This document shows, piece by piece, positions 9,472 through 20,200 of a stretch of 44,983 nucleotides of DNA. The stretch's first letter is position 1. Every line of letters begins with the position of its first letter. The notes beneath the pieces are model-generated. The model was not told the origin of the DNA. It did not search any database and saw only the letters and a program-made list of their open reading frames with translations. Source of the DNA: Escherichia phage KS_S9; the sequence record PP920551.1; one strand, 5' to 3'. The translations under genes were made by a program, and so were the position numbers.

Positions 9472-9893
9472 TGAGCAATACCGCAATCCGCAAAGCGCTT
9501 AACAGCGTGGTAGAAGAGTTATCGGTAAGCCTGAGCACTAGCCAGCGCCCGATCCAGGTTAACTGGGAGAACGTGAGCGGCGACCACGCAAACGGCAGCG
9601 GTGTCTACCTGGAGCCGTACCTGCTACCGGCCCCGACCCAGTTTGTGGGCTTCCAGCAGAAGGGCCGGATCTATGCTGGCGTATATCAGGTTGCCGTAGT
9701 GTTTCCCGCGGGCACTGGTACACAGTATGCGAGCGAACTGGCGGACGCCATCGCGACGTCGGATAAATGGCAGGCCGTAAGGATTTCCGGAGCGGCCTTC
9801 CAGCTTCAGGACTCGCCTTATACCAGTTCGGTGGTCGAGGACGTTGATCGCGCCCGCATCGTGGTTACAGTACCCTACACCTGTTGCGCCTGA
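9471..9893 (+). CDS. Putative tail terminator / tail completion protein (DUF4128-like)
   Basis: 140 aa immediately upstream of major tail gene; pattern YLLPAPT..., VVFPAGTG and C-terminal VTVPY resembles tail-terminator family proteins. Confidence 0.5.
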   Translation: MSNTAIRKALNSVVEELSVSLSTSQRPIQVNWENVSGDHANGSGVYLEPYLLPAPTQFVGFQQKGRIYAGVYQVAVVFPAGTGTQYASELADAIATSDKWQAVRISGAAFQLQDSPYTSSVVEDVDRARIVVTVPYTCCA

Positions 9894-9953
9894 TTTGGCG
9901 CAATTCTGAGCGTGCTGTATCATTAAACCGTATATCTAAACAGGAGCTTTATT

Positions 9954-10679
9954 ATGGGTTATCAACTTCCCAACGGGTCCAGCGTCCAGATCGGGTCCGT
10001 ATTAGGCAGCGGCATCGCGGTTACGGCAGCTACCAACGCCGCCGCGTCGATCTCCGACCTTACGCAAGGTTGCGTAATTACCTGCGCGGCTTCGCATGGT
10101 CTGGTTGTTGGCGACGTTGTTATGTTCACTAAAACCCCGTGGGTCCGAGCGCTTAACCGCGCGTTCATCGTGGGTAAAGTGGATACTAACGACGTGACGC
10201 TGGCGCGCTTCGATACTCAAGACGTCACAAAATACCCTACCGGCGCTTTCGGCGTAGGCACGCCGGGCGAAGTGGTGAAGGTGTCGAGCTTTATCGACTT
10301 CCCGTTTATCACTAACGTTGCCGTGTCTGGTGGCGACCAGCAGACCACCACCTTCCAGCCGTTGCAGGTGAATACCGCGATCAGTCTGAACACCACGAAA
10401 AACCCGTTGGTACAGACTTACACCTTCACCCACGACGAAGAAGACCCGATCCGCCCAATCCTGGAAGACCTGGACGACACACAGAAAACCACGGTGATTA
10501 AGTTCACTAACCCAGCGGCAGCAAGCGGCAAAGGTGAGATTCGTATTTACCCAGCTAAGGTATCTTTCCAGAAGATTCCGTCCGCTGAAGTAAACAACGT
10601 GGAAACGGTACAATCCACTCTGACCATGCAGTCTGATATGGTTATCTACCGTAAGGATCTGGTCGAGGCATTGTCTTGA
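9954..10679 (+). CDS. Major tail protein
   Basis: 241 aa, CAGGAG RBS, followed by terminator then G/GT chaperone and tape measure; canonical position. Confidence 0.7.
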   Translation: MGYQLPNGSSVQIGSVLGSGIAVTAATNAAASISDLTQGCVITCAASHGLVVGDVVMFTKTPWVRALNRAFIVGKVDTNDVTLARFDTQDVTKYPTGAFGVGTPGEVVKVSSFIDFPFITNVAVSGGDQQTTTFQPLQVNTAISLNTTKNPLVQTYTFTHDEEDPIRPILEDLDDTQKTTVIKFTNPAAASGKGEIRIYPAKVSFQKIPSAEVNNVETVQSTLTMQSDMVIYRKDLVEALS

Positions 10680-10709
10680 TTTGGTCGCTTAAATAGCGAG
10701 TGATAATAT

Positions 10710-10732
10710 GGGGCCAGCACGGCCCCTTTTTT
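10710..10732 (+). terminator. Intrinsic terminator after major tail gene
   Basis: GGGGCC-agcac-GGCCCC followed by TTTTTT. Confidence 0.6.
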
Positions 10733-10748
10733 ATTGGAGAATACTACA

Positions 10749-11111
10749 ATGGCTAAAGCACCACTCTTCACACTTGACCCTAAGCCAACCTTTAAGCTGC
10801 CGATTGAGATCCCGCGCCCAGGTGAGAACGAACCAGGCAAGATGACGTTTACCGTACGCCACCGCCCGATCGACGAGTTTTCGCAGACCATGCAGGACAC
10901 CGAACGCAAGCTGTCGGAATATGACGACAATGACCCGGACGGCTTTAACGTTATGGTCGAGGCCATCATGCACGTCGCAGAAGGCTGGAATCTGCCGGAC
11001 GAATTTAACGCGGAGAACGTCCGCCGCCTGGTGGTCAACTATCCACGCGCGTTCGGTGTGTTCCACACGTCGTACTATCTCGAACTGATGGGATTGCGTG
11101 AAAAAAACTAA
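10749..11111 (+). CDS. Tail assembly chaperone (lambda gpG-like)
   Basis: 120 aa from ATG 10749 (GGAGA RBS); ends ...REKN at slippery A_AAA_AAC; position between major tail and tape measure. Confidence 0.7.
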   Translation: MAKAPLFTLDPKPTFKLPIEIPRPGENEPGKMTFTVRHRPIDEFSQTMQDTERKLSEYDDNDPDGFNVMVEAIMHVAEGWNLPDEFNAENVRRLVVNYPRAFGVFHTSYYLELMGLREKN

Positions 11112-11425
11112 TTGAGGCGGCGCGACGCTTTTATGGCCCGCCGCCACCCTCCGAAGATTTAGCCGCAAGTTTATGGGGTGCGACCCCCGAAGATGTTTGT
11201 CCACCTGTTGCGCTGTGGCCTGACAACGCGAAGATAGTCGCAGTCTTCACAGATTGCGCCACGCAATGGCGCACCGGATTTGGTGGCGCATACGGCATCG
11301 ACTACGGCGTGCTGGAGTGGTTATTTAAGATGCACGGTATCGAAAACGAGCAGCGCGCGTTTAAAGATATCAAGCTAATGGAACGAATCGCGCTTGATGA
11401 GATGGTGCAGCAGAACCCCGCATAA
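10749..11425 (+). CDS. Tail assembly chaperone frameshift product (gpGT-like)
   Basis: -1 frame is open for 107 codons from the slippery heptamer A_AAA_AAC (11102-11108) to TAA 11423-11425 with no start codon of its own; read directly from sequence. Confidence 0.6.
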
Positions 11426-11427
11426 TG

Positions 11428-11741
11428 AAGCGGGACAGGCGGGACGTCCCGTTTTGTCCCGCCTCTGTAAAACCGCATATCTAATCACTTTCATTGCATA
11501 AACTCAAAGCGGGACAGGCGGGACGTCCCGTTTTGTCACGCCCTGTAAATGTGCATACCTATGCGGATTTCGTGCATAAACCAAACGGGACAGAAAGCGG
11601 GACAAACAAGAGGCGGGACAAAGCGGGACAGCACCCCGTCCCCGCCAGTGCTGCCGCGGGTTTTAGCCGATCGGGACAGCGGGACAGCACCCCAGTCTTT
11701 CAGACTAGACGGGGGTCAATGGCCCCCCTCGTCTGAGACTG
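11428..11741. repeat. Iteron-like repeat region: 2x nested 35-bp palindrome, GCGGGACA direct repeats, long GC hairpin
   Basis: AGCGGGACAGGCGGGACGTCCCGTTTTGTC(C/A)CGCC at 11428 and 11508; GCGGGACA x6 at 11586-11692; hairpin 11693-11741; 11572-11741 duplicated at 39895-40065. Confidence 0.8.
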
Positions 11742-11809
11742 AATAAGGTTTGTTTTAAATTCGCTGATACAATGACCGACGGCAACTGCATAAAAAGGGG
11801 GACTGCATA

Positions 11810-14452
11810 ATGGCAGATCAGGCAGCGGGCATCACGCTCAAGGCGGACGCCGCGCAAATTAAAACGGCTAATACTGTGCTGGACACATTTGCGCAGAAAT
11901 CCGAGAACACAGAACAGAAAGTAAAGAAATTAAACGACACACTCGGCAAGTCGAAAAAGGTTACTGGCGACGCCGCGGGCGGAATGGAAAAGTTAGCGAC
12001 TGAATCGCAGCGCGCCGCCGACGGCATGACGAAACAGGAGCGACTCGCCAGCCGATTAGGCATGTCGACCAAAAACCTGGGATTCGCATCGCGGAACGCC
12101 GCATTCCAGTTACAGGATATCGCGGTTACGCTAGAGATGGGTATGCCGGTGCACCGCGTTATGCTTCAGCAGCTACCTCAGCTTACTGGGGCGTTTGGCG
12201 GACTGGGTAACACGCTGCGCTATGTTGCGGGCTTTCTCGGCCCAGTGGGGATCGGACTTGCTGCCGTAACGGCGACGTTAGGCGTAGGGGTGGCAATTAC
12301 GACCCGCGCAGAGAACCAAGTGGCGGCGCTTAATAAGACGCTGGCGCTGTCCGGTAATATTTCGGGCCTCACAGCTAACCAGATCCTTGTGCTGTCCGAG
12401 AACGCTGAGCGCATGGGCGGGTCATTTCGCAAGACGCGCGACACAATCCAGGCGCTGGCGGCGGCGGGTGTGAAAGCGGGTGGTGACTTCGGCGCATTGG
12501 CTAAGGTAGTTAATGACTTTGCGAAGGTGTCCAGCCAGCCGATCGAGGATGTGGTAGCGGCGGTGGCGAAGCTGTCAACCGACCCCGTTGGCGGACTGCG
12601 TGCGCTGGCGGATAAGTATCACGTCGTAAACGAAGCGCAGATCCAGCAGGTACAGTCGCTCGTTGATGCGGGTCGTGAGACAGACGCAGTTGCGTTGGCT
12701 AACAAAACAGCCGCTGCGTCGTTCACCAGCATGACCAATGAGATCAAGGCGAACATGGGTACGCTTGAGCGGTCGATGAACGTCGTCACATCGGCAGCCA
12801 AATCGATGTGGGACGCTATCCTGGATGTGGGTCGCGCGCAGTCCTCCAATGAATCCGAGATGAAAGCGCGCGAATCACTGCAGCGGCTGACCACGGCTTA
12901 CTATGCCGAGATGAAAGCGGTAAACGCTGCCGGTGGGGTAATGACTGAAGCGCAGAAAGCACGTATTAACATGCTTTACAGCGAACTGGTCGCCCAGGAA
13001 AAAGTGGTGGCGTCGCTAACCCTGCGTAACCGTGCTGAGCGAGACAACGCCCGCGCCGCAGACGAATCCGCAAAGGCGAACGAGGAGGCCAACCGCACTG
13101 CCCGTGACCGCGCCGCGTTCGAGAAGGAATACGCCACCAACGCTAAGAAGCGCGCCGACGAGATCGCCCGCCTCAATTTGCTGAATAAGCGCGGCGTTAT
13201 TGATGAGAAAGAACTAGCCGAGGCGGTGAAGCAGGTAAACGAGCGGTACAAAGACCCAGCCCCGAAAAAGGCCGCGGCTGTTCGCGTGGATGCCGGTATG
13301 AAAATGCTGGAAGTCGCACGGAGCGAACTGGCCCAGCTTCGAGAATCCGGCAAGCAGATCGAAGCCAACGCGTCTACGCAGACCCGCACGCAACGCGCTC
13401 AAGCGGCCTTAAACAAGCTGATCGCCGACAATGAGCAGTTAATCGCTGCGAGCAAAGAAAGAGCACTAACGGCAGCAGAAAAGCAGCAATTAGTCGAGTT
13501 CGGGCGCGTGAAGGAAGTCCGCGAGCAGATCGTCGAAGAAGCCAAATTGCTGGATGCGAAAGAGCAGCAGGTTAAGGCGCACGCGCAGATCGATGCCTTC
13601 GTTAAGAACCAGAACGCCGAACTAAAAGCCACCGCCGCGGGGTATGCGCTTTCCACTCGCGAAGCGGCAAACCTGCGTGAAGAATTGCAGCTAATTGACC
13701 GCCTGAAGCGGGTTGGCGCTAACGATACCGATATTGACAAGGCGGTGTCTAAGCTGCGAGAAGTGCAGGAAGCACAGACCGGCGCTAACGCCACGTTATG
13801 GGATGGATTCAGTCGCGGGCTTAAGGATAGCGTGGATGAAATGGGTAACGGATATACGCAGATGGCGTCGCTCACGAAATTTACATTCAGCGCTATGCAG
13901 GACACGATGAACGAGTTTTTCGAGACTGGTAAGCTGAACGCAAAGGATATGGTTAAGTCCATCCTGAGCGAATTAATCAAGCTGGCTACCTCGCAGGCGT
14001 TCAAGTCCATCGTTAGCGCTTTCGGTGGCGACGGCGGCAAAAACGGATTGTTCGGCGCTATCTTCTCTGGCCTTACTAAGAATGCGGACGGCGGAGCGTA
14101 CGCAGGCGGCAATCTCGCGGCCTATTCGGGGAAAGTGGTAAGCCAGCCTACCTTTTTCAGTTATGGCGTCCAGGCGTTCGCTAAGGGCGCTGGGTTGATG
14201 GGTGAGGCTGGACCCGAGGCCATCATGCCACTGAAGCGCGGGCCTGACGGGAAACTGGGCGTTGCCGCGTCTGGCGCAGGCGGTGGTATGGTCGTGACGA
14301 CTAACGTTTACACGGGGACCGGTAAAACGGATACCAGTGTCAGCGGGCCGGACCCACGTACCGCGCAGGCGTTCGGCAAGCAAATCACCGAGGCGGTGAA
14401 GGCCGAGATCGTGAAGGCGACGAAACCGGGTGGTGTACTTTACAAACGATGA
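11810..14452 (+). CDS. Tail tape measure protein
   Basis: 880 aa, Ala/Gln/Glu-rich helical protein with hydrophobic segment and Gly-rich C-terminus; follows G/GT chaperone. Confidence 0.9.
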   Translation: MADQAAGITLKADAAQIKTANTVLDTFAQKSENTEQKVKKLNDTLGKSKKVTGDAAGGMEKLATESQRAADGMTKQERLASRLGMSTKNLGFASRNAAFQLQDIAVTLEMGMPVHRVMLQQLPQLTGAFGGLGNTLRYVAGFLGPVGIGLAAVTATLGVGVAITTRAENQVAALNKTLALSGNISGLTANQILVLSENAERMGGSFRKTRDTIQALAAAGVKAGGDFGALAKVVNDFAKVSSQPIEDVVAAVAKLSTDPVGGLRALADKYHVVNEAQIQQVQSLVDAGRETDAVALANKTAAASFTSMTNEIKANMGTLERSMNVVTSAAKSMWDAILDVGRAQSSNESEMKARESLQRLTTAYYAEMKAVNAAGGVMTEAQKARINMLYSELVAQEKVVASLTLRNRAERDNARAADESAKANEEANRTARDRAAFEKEYATNAKKRADEIARLNLLNKRGVIDEKELAEAVKQVNERYKDPAPKKAAAVRVDAGMKMLEVARSELAQLRESGKQIEANASTQTRTQRAQAALNKLIADNEQLIAASKERALTAAEKQQLVEFGRVKEVREQIVEEAKLLDAKEQQVKAHAQIDAFVKNQNAELKATAAGYALSTREAANLREELQLIDRLKRVGANDTDIDKAVSKLREVQEAQTGANATLWDGFSRGLKDSVDEMGNGYTQMASLTKFTFSAMQDTMNEFFETGKLNAKDMVKSILSELIKLATSQAFKSIVSAFGGDGGKNGLFGAIFSGLTKNADGGAYAGGNLAAYSGKVVSQPTFFSYGVQAFAKGAGLMGEAGPEAIMPLKRGPDGKLGVAASGAGGGMVVTTNVYTGTGKTDTSVSGPDPRTAQAFGKQITEAVKAEIVKATKPGGVLYKR

Positions 14453-14486
14453 TAAAATGGCCCTCACTACAACGTGGGGGCTTTTT

Positions 14487-15086
14487 ATGTCACAAGGTAC
14501 AATCACACTAACGAAAGGAAGTAAGACCGTCACGGGCGCGGGAACGGCGTTCCTTAGCGAGATCGGGAAGGTACTCGTATTCGCCCGCATCGACGGCAAC
14601 GACTACACCGGAAAAATTGCGGCATTCAACTCGAACACGGTCATTACTCTGAAAGATAACTGGGCCGGTCCGACGAAATCCGGTGCGGCATATGAGCTAA
14701 TCGAAGCACACGACCCGCGATCAAACGAATGGCCCTATTACTGGCACATGCAATTGCAAGGCGGCGGAGACGTGCAGTTGTCTTTCCGGTCCGAGGAATT
14801 GCAATTTGGTAACGGTTACGGTCAGAACATCGCAGACGGCCCGAACGCCGAGACGAAACAGTTTCCCATGCAGTTCATCGGACTGACTACTGACAAGTGG
14901 TGCGACCCCAAACTGGTTTACAACTTCCTTCGCGGGCACTTCGTCAAGCCGTTTGTCGTCACCGCGCCGGATGGCGAAACAGGTTTATTCGTGGTCGAGC
15001 GTTCGAGCTTGTCGTACACGGACAACGGGCACAACACGGCAACGGTATCCGCCACCCTTAAGACTGCTATTGGATTCGTAAGATGA
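14487..15086 (+). CDS. Minor tail protein (lambda gpM-position)
   Basis: 199 aa from ATG 14487 (GGGGG upstream); directly after tape measure; N-terminal ~70 aa resemble the N-terminus of the tail fibre at 21970. Confidence 0.55.
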   Translation: MSQGTITLTKGSKTVTGAGTAFLSEIGKVLVFARIDGNDYTGKIAAFNSNTVITLKDNWAGPTKSGAAYELIEAHDPRSNEWPYYWHMQLQGGGDVQLSFRSEELQFGNGYGQNIADGPNAETKQFPMQFIGLTTDKWCDPKLVYNFLRGHFVKPFVVTAPDGETGLFVVERSSLSYTDNGHNTATVSATLKTAIGFVR

Positions 15087-15871
15087 ATAAACTCTATCGA
15101 GAAGCGACGCGCTTTGACCCATCAGGACGCGTTCGCCTGATTCACATTGACGCTCAGGACGTGGAACCAGGCGACGGCGCGATCGGAGCGGGGCATCACT
15201 ATTTTCACTACTGCTTTATTCCGCACACTGCCGAGGATATTGCTGCCGCCGGTGGTGACGAGGATAAGCTAAAACCTAAATCAATCTTCTTCGGCGGGCA
15301 GGAGTTCGAATTTTGGCCCTTCGATTTGTCCGGCCTTAACTTCTCCACATCGACGGCGGCAGAACCGCAACTAACAATCGTCGATATTGGCGGCATAATA
15401 ACCCGGCTGTCGCTGAACCACGACCAGCTACTTGGCGCGAAGGTTGAGATCATTGATACGTTCGCGAAGTTCCTGGATAACGGGACAGATCCAGACCCGA
15501 CGCAGAAACGAGTTCAGGAGTATTACATCGACTCGCAGGTCGGGCGCAATCCGGGCAAGCAAATTACCTTCGCACTATCCTCGCCTGCGGATATGGAAGG
15601 GCAGGTCGTTCCCCGTCGCCAAATCATGAATATGTGCGAGTGGGCGCTCAACGGGAAGTACGCCAGCGGGGACGGGTGCACCTGGAACCTTGCGAAGCCT
15701 GGGATCAAGTATTACGACGAGCGAGGTAATGAAGTCATCGCGATGAACATGGACCGATGCGGCGGCTGTTTGTCAGACTGTTATCTTCGATTTGGGCAAG
15801 GGCTTGCGGACCCGAAAGCGGCGGTGCTGGACTTCGGCGGCTTTCCTGGGTCCAGATTAATTAAGGGGTAG
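15083..15871 (+). CDS. Minor tail protein (lambda gpL-like)
   Basis: 262 aa; C-terminal Cys cluster (CEW...GDGC...DRCGGCLSDC) as in gpL-type proteins; position M-L-K-I-J. Confidence 0.75.
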   Translation: MNKLYREATRFDPSGRVRLIHIDAQDVEPGDGAIGAGHHYFHYCFIPHTAEDIAAAGGDEDKLKPKSIFFGGQEFEFWPFDLSGLNFSTSTAAEPQLTIVDIGGIITRLSLNHDQLLGAKVEIIDTFAKFLDNGTDPDPTQKRVQEYYIDSQVGRNPGKQITFALSSPADMEGQVVPRRQIMNMCEWALNGKYASGDGCTWNLAKPGIKYYDERGNEVIAMNMDRCGGCLSDCYLRFGQGLADPKAAVLDFGGFPGSRLIKG

Positions 15872-15873
15872 CC

Positions 15874-16614
15874 ATGTTAACGAAAAAGGTTAAAAGCGAT
15901 ATCGCCGCGCACGTTGCGGCATGTCTGCCGGAAGAAGCCTGTGGGTTGGTAGTCATGGTGGGTCGCAAGCAAGTATTCGTACCATGTCAGAACGTATTCG
16001 AAGACCCGACCGGCGTGCGCTCACGCAAAGACGCGTTTACTATTAGTGATATGGCCTGGATGGATGCCGAGGATATGGGCGACGTCGTGCGCGTAGTCCA
16101 CTCGCATCCTGGCCAGCGCGAGCTTACCCCATCACTGGGCGACGTTAACGGATGCAACGGCAGTGGCGTCGTCTGGACCATCACTAACGAATATGGCGAC
16201 TTTATCGAGATCGACCCGGAAGACCCGCCGCTGGTAGGCCGCCGATTTGTTCTCGGGGTTACTGACTGTTACGGCCTCGTCATGGCATGGCACAAAAAGC
16301 AGGGCGTAAACCTGCCAGACTTCCGCGTGCCGTATAACTGGTGGGAGACAGGCGAAAATCTGTATATGGATAACTGGTACGGCGCGGGCTTCAGGGAATG
16401 CGAGGCGAATACGCCGGGGGCGATGGTTATCATGCAGATCAGCGCGCCAGTGCCTAACCATGCTGGGATATTCCTTCCGGGCAACCAACTACTACACCAT
16501 ATCTACGGCAGCCTGTCGAGCGTGATACCCTTCCGATCAGGATTTTTCCGGGACAATGTGGTTAAATGGGTACGTCATAAAGACCTACCAGGGAATATAA
16601 CAGAATGGCAATGA
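15874..16614 (+). CDS. Tail assembly protein (lambda gpK-like, JAB/MPN + NlpC/P60-like)
   Basis: 246 aa; HSHP metal-binding motif (VVRVVHSHPGQ) typical of JAMM/MPN domains; gene order. Confidence 0.75.
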   Translation: MLTKKVKSDIAAHVAACLPEEACGLVVMVGRKQVFVPCQNVFEDPTGVRSRKDAFTISDMAWMDAEDMGDVVRVVHSHPGQRELTPSLGDVNGCNGSGVVWTITNEYGDFIEIDPEDPPLVGRRFVLGVTDCYGLVMAWHKKQGVNLPDFRVPYNWWETGENLYMDNWYGAGFRECEANTPGAMVIMQISAPVPNHAGIFLPGNQLLHHIYGSLSSVIPFRSGFFRDNVVKWVRHKDLPGNITEWQ

Positions 16615-17222
16615 CCACATTTAAATTATACGGCGTTTTAGGACGTCGATTCGGTAAAGTGCATAAGCTGGACTGCTTCACTCCGGGCGAGGGTATTACC
16701 GGCCTGTGCGTGAAGTTACCCGGCTTACAGGACTTTCTAATGTCGGCCCACCTTGACAATATGATGTTCAAGGTGCGCAAAGGCGACCACACGATGACCG
16801 GCTATGATGAGCTGGGTGAGTTCCACGGCAACCGCGTCGTCACCATCGCGCCGGTTATGACGGGTGCAAAAAGAGGTCTGGGCCAATTGCTGGCGGGTGT
16901 GGCAATAGTGGTGGCGTCGTTCTACACCGGCGGACTTGCTACTGCCGCTTTTGGGGCTTCGGCGGCGACCGCTGCCGCTATCGGGACGGCGACGTTTTCA
17001 TTCGGGATGTCGATGGCGCTGGGTGGCGTTATGCAATTGCTATCTCCGCAACCGAAAGGGTTGCAGACACGGCAGGATGTGGATAATAAGGCGTCGTATG
17101 CGTTCGGCGGGCCTGTAAACACGACCGCGCAAGGTACAGCACTTGGTGTATTATGGGGTGAGCGTGAGATCGGCGGCGCTATTATTTCCGCCGGAATCGT
17201 AACCGAGGACTTGAACGAATGA
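16605..17222 (+). CDS. Tail assembly protein (lambda gpI-like)
   Basis: 205 aa with Gly/Ala-rich hydrophobic C-terminal half; overlaps K and J genes (ATGA overlap with J). Confidence 0.65.
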   Translation: MAMTTFKLYGVLGRRFGKVHKLDCFTPGEGITGLCVKLPGLQDFLMSAHLDNMMFKVRKGDHTMTGYDELGEFHGNRVVTIAPVMTGAKRGLGQLLAGVAIVVASFYTGGLATAAFGASAATAAAIGTATFSFGMSMALGGVMQLLSPQPKGLQTRQDVDNKASYAFGGPVNTTAQGTALGVLWGEREIGGAIISAGIVTEDLNE

Positions 17223-20200
17223 CGATTATCTACGACGTCACAGGGCATAAAGGCGGCGGCGGCAAACAGCACACCCCACAGGAGACGCCAGACAGCCTGC
17301 ATTCGCTGGCTAAAATCCGCATCTTGCTTGCGCTGGGGGAAGGGGAATTCGAAAGTATTACCAGCGCCAGCGAATTGCGGCAGCGTGTTTACTTGGATGG
17401 AACGCCGATCCAGAACGCTGACCTGTCCGAAAACTTCCCTGGCGCGCGTGTGGAGTTCCGCCCCGGCACACAGCACCAGGATGTGATCCACGGATTTTCA
17501 GCGGTGGAAAGTGAGCAATCTGTCGGCGTAAAACTGGAAAACGGCACGCCGTGGGTGCGCCAGATTAACGATACCAGTCTGGACGCTGTTCGCATTCGCA
17601 TCGGCATTCCAGCCCTGTACACTAACGAAGATAATGGCGACCTGGTGGGCGGGCGCATCGACTATAAGATCGTTGTGTATACGGATAACGCCGACCCGCG
17701 TGAGTTCAGATTCGCCGCCGTTGGTAAAACAATGTCGCTATATGAGCGCGACCACCGCATCGAATTACCTCCGAACGTTAACACCGGCTGGCGCGTTGAG
17801 GTGCACCGCATAACGGCAGACTCCACATCGGCGAAAGTGGTTAATGATATCCGGGTGCAGTCCATCACTGAGATTATTGACGCCCGCCTGCGTTACCCGC
17901 TAACCGCGCTGTTGTTTGTGGAGTTCGACGCCAAAGCGTTCCAGAACATCCCGCGCGTGTCCATTAAGTGCAAAGGTCGCAAAGTTCTAATACCGAACAA
18001 CTACGACCCGATCAATCATACCTATTCCGGGGACTGGGACGGCACGTTTAAACGCGCATGGACGGATAACCCAGCGTGGCACTGGTACGATATTTGTATT
18101 ACTGAGCGCTTCGGCCTCGGTCGGCGTATCAAACCGCAAATGTTAAACCGGTACGCGCTCTACCAGATTGCGCAGCGCTGCGATCAGTTGGCCAGCGACG
18201 GCAACGGTGGTCGAGAAATCCGATTTAAGAATGATATGTACATTCAGTCACAGACGGATGCCTGGACAGTGCTTAAGGATTTAGCCGCCATCTTCGCCGG
18301 AATGACCTGGTGGGGCAACCAGATGTTGAATATCGTCAGTGACCAACCGGTCGCAGCAGTGTCGCACACTATCACCAACGCCTCGGTAATTGATGGTCGA
18401 TTCGACTACGCATCTGGCAGCCAGAAAACTCGCTATTCCACATTTGCGGTAGCATACGGCAACCCGAAGAACCACTATGAAGATGCCATCGCAACGGGGC
18501 AGCGCGTCGAACTTGTACGCCGCCATAAGATTAACCGTCTTGATATTACGGCGATCGGCTGTACGCGTGAATCTGAAGCGCAACGCCGCGGGCACTGGGC
18601 GCTAATTTCCAACCAGCTTGACCAGCAAGTTAGCTTTAAAGTTGGCATGGAAGGGTTATTCTTTATTCCCGGTAGCGTAGTCGCGATCGCGGATACAAAC
18701 ATTTCTGGCGGTTTTGAGACGCGCGGCGGTCGACTGTTGTCGGACCCCGGAACGCGTACCGTGCTGAACACGGACAGCGAAATCACATTCCGCCCTGGCG
18801 ATAAGTTCCTGGTGCGCACCGATAGCGGTAATGTGGAGACTCGCGAGATCGCCAGCGTCAACGGCAACAAGGTAACGCTAAAAACCGCACTGGACGCCAA
18901 CCCTATTCCAGACCAACCGTTTTGCGTTGACGGGGATGATATCCAGTTGCAAAAATTCCGCATCACCGATCTGGAATATGACGACTCTACGAGCACTTTC
19001 TCGGTGCGCGGGATTGAATACAACGATAGCAAATATGATGCCGTTGATAATGGCGCGCGCCTAGACCCGGGCATCTTTACGCAAGTGCCTGACGGGGTAA
19101 TGAAGGGGCCGGAATCCGTGACCATCACCCCGTCGCAGATTTCATCGCAAGGACAGCTAATCACCAACGTGGATATTGTTTTCCCGCCGGTGAAGGACGC
19201 CGTGGTGTATGAAATCCAGTGGCGACGCACCAGCTTGCAGAATATGGAAATCCAGTGGGGTAACGACTGGGTGAATATCCCGCGCACGGCATCGAACGGT
19301 GCGCACATCCCTAACGTGTTCTCAGGTAACTACCAGGCACGCGTCCGCGCAATTGGCATGGGCGAAATCTCGTCACCGTGGGTGTCTTCCGCAATCACGC
19401 CAGTTGAAGGTCGCCTCGGCGGTCTTAACGCGCCTATCATCACCAACGCGATTTCGGGCCTCCACCAGATCTTGTGGAAGTGGAACCACAACAACGCCGC
19501 TACGGATATTTCGTACACCGAGCTTGAAGTGCGCAAGACCGGTGAGACTGAATGGAAATTCCTTACCAACGTCCCATATCCGGGGGCGGAGTATGCGCAA
19601 ACATCGCTGGAGTTCGGAATTTACCAGCAGTTGCGCGCCCGTGTAGCGGATAAAATCGGCAACCTGTCGGACTGGTCGGCCCCGTTTGAAGGGCAGGTGA
19701 GTGACAAAGTTGACGAGTACATGAAGGGGCTTGATGACGAGTTCTTGACTTCCGAGGATGGTAAACGCTTCCAGGAAGCAATCAACACGATCCCGCAGGG
19801 TATTTACGAGGCGATGCTCACCGATGCGCAGCAATTGTTCAACGCCCGCGCTGAGTACAAGGGTATTTATGCGGAAATCTCGGTCGCGTATAACGTGGCG
19901 GCGGACGCCCACAAGGCGGTAGCGCAACTGGAAACGTTGATCGGCACTCGTCTTGACGATGCTGAAGCGGCAATCCACACGTTGCAGACGGCGCAGAGTA
20001 CGCAGGAACAGGCGTTCGCACAGTACCAGCAAACTGTTGCCGCTAAGTTTTCTGAACAGGAAGCCGCCATCCAGCAGGTACAAACGGCAACTGCGGACGT
20101 AGCGGGCGCGCTGGCTGAGTACAAGACCCATGTTGCGGCGCAGTTCGGTCAGCAGTCCGCCGCGATCGAGCAGAAGATGACGTCCTCGTTTAACCACTCT

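Noticed and set aside
11428-11700. Possible CRISPR array (short GGGACA-containing repeats)
   Set aside because: Repeats are only 8 bp, irregularly spaced, with no spacer-sized units and no cas genes; better explained as iterons or binding sites.
11494-11746. ORFs 11494..11736 and 11549..11746 (80 and 65 aa)
   Set aside because: They are translations of the GGGACA repeat and hairpin region; the same pseudo-protein appears at 39854..40060, which is a repeat signature rather than coding.
12976-14599. Minus-strand ORFs 12976..13389, 13399..14112, 13973..14599
   Set aside because: Antisense to the tape measure gene; low-complexity Ala/Ser-rich translations.
18475-20197. Minus-strand ORFs 18475..19308 and 19373..20197
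   Set aside because: Antisense to the J-like host specificity gene; no RBS, Arg/Leu-rich shadow ORFs.
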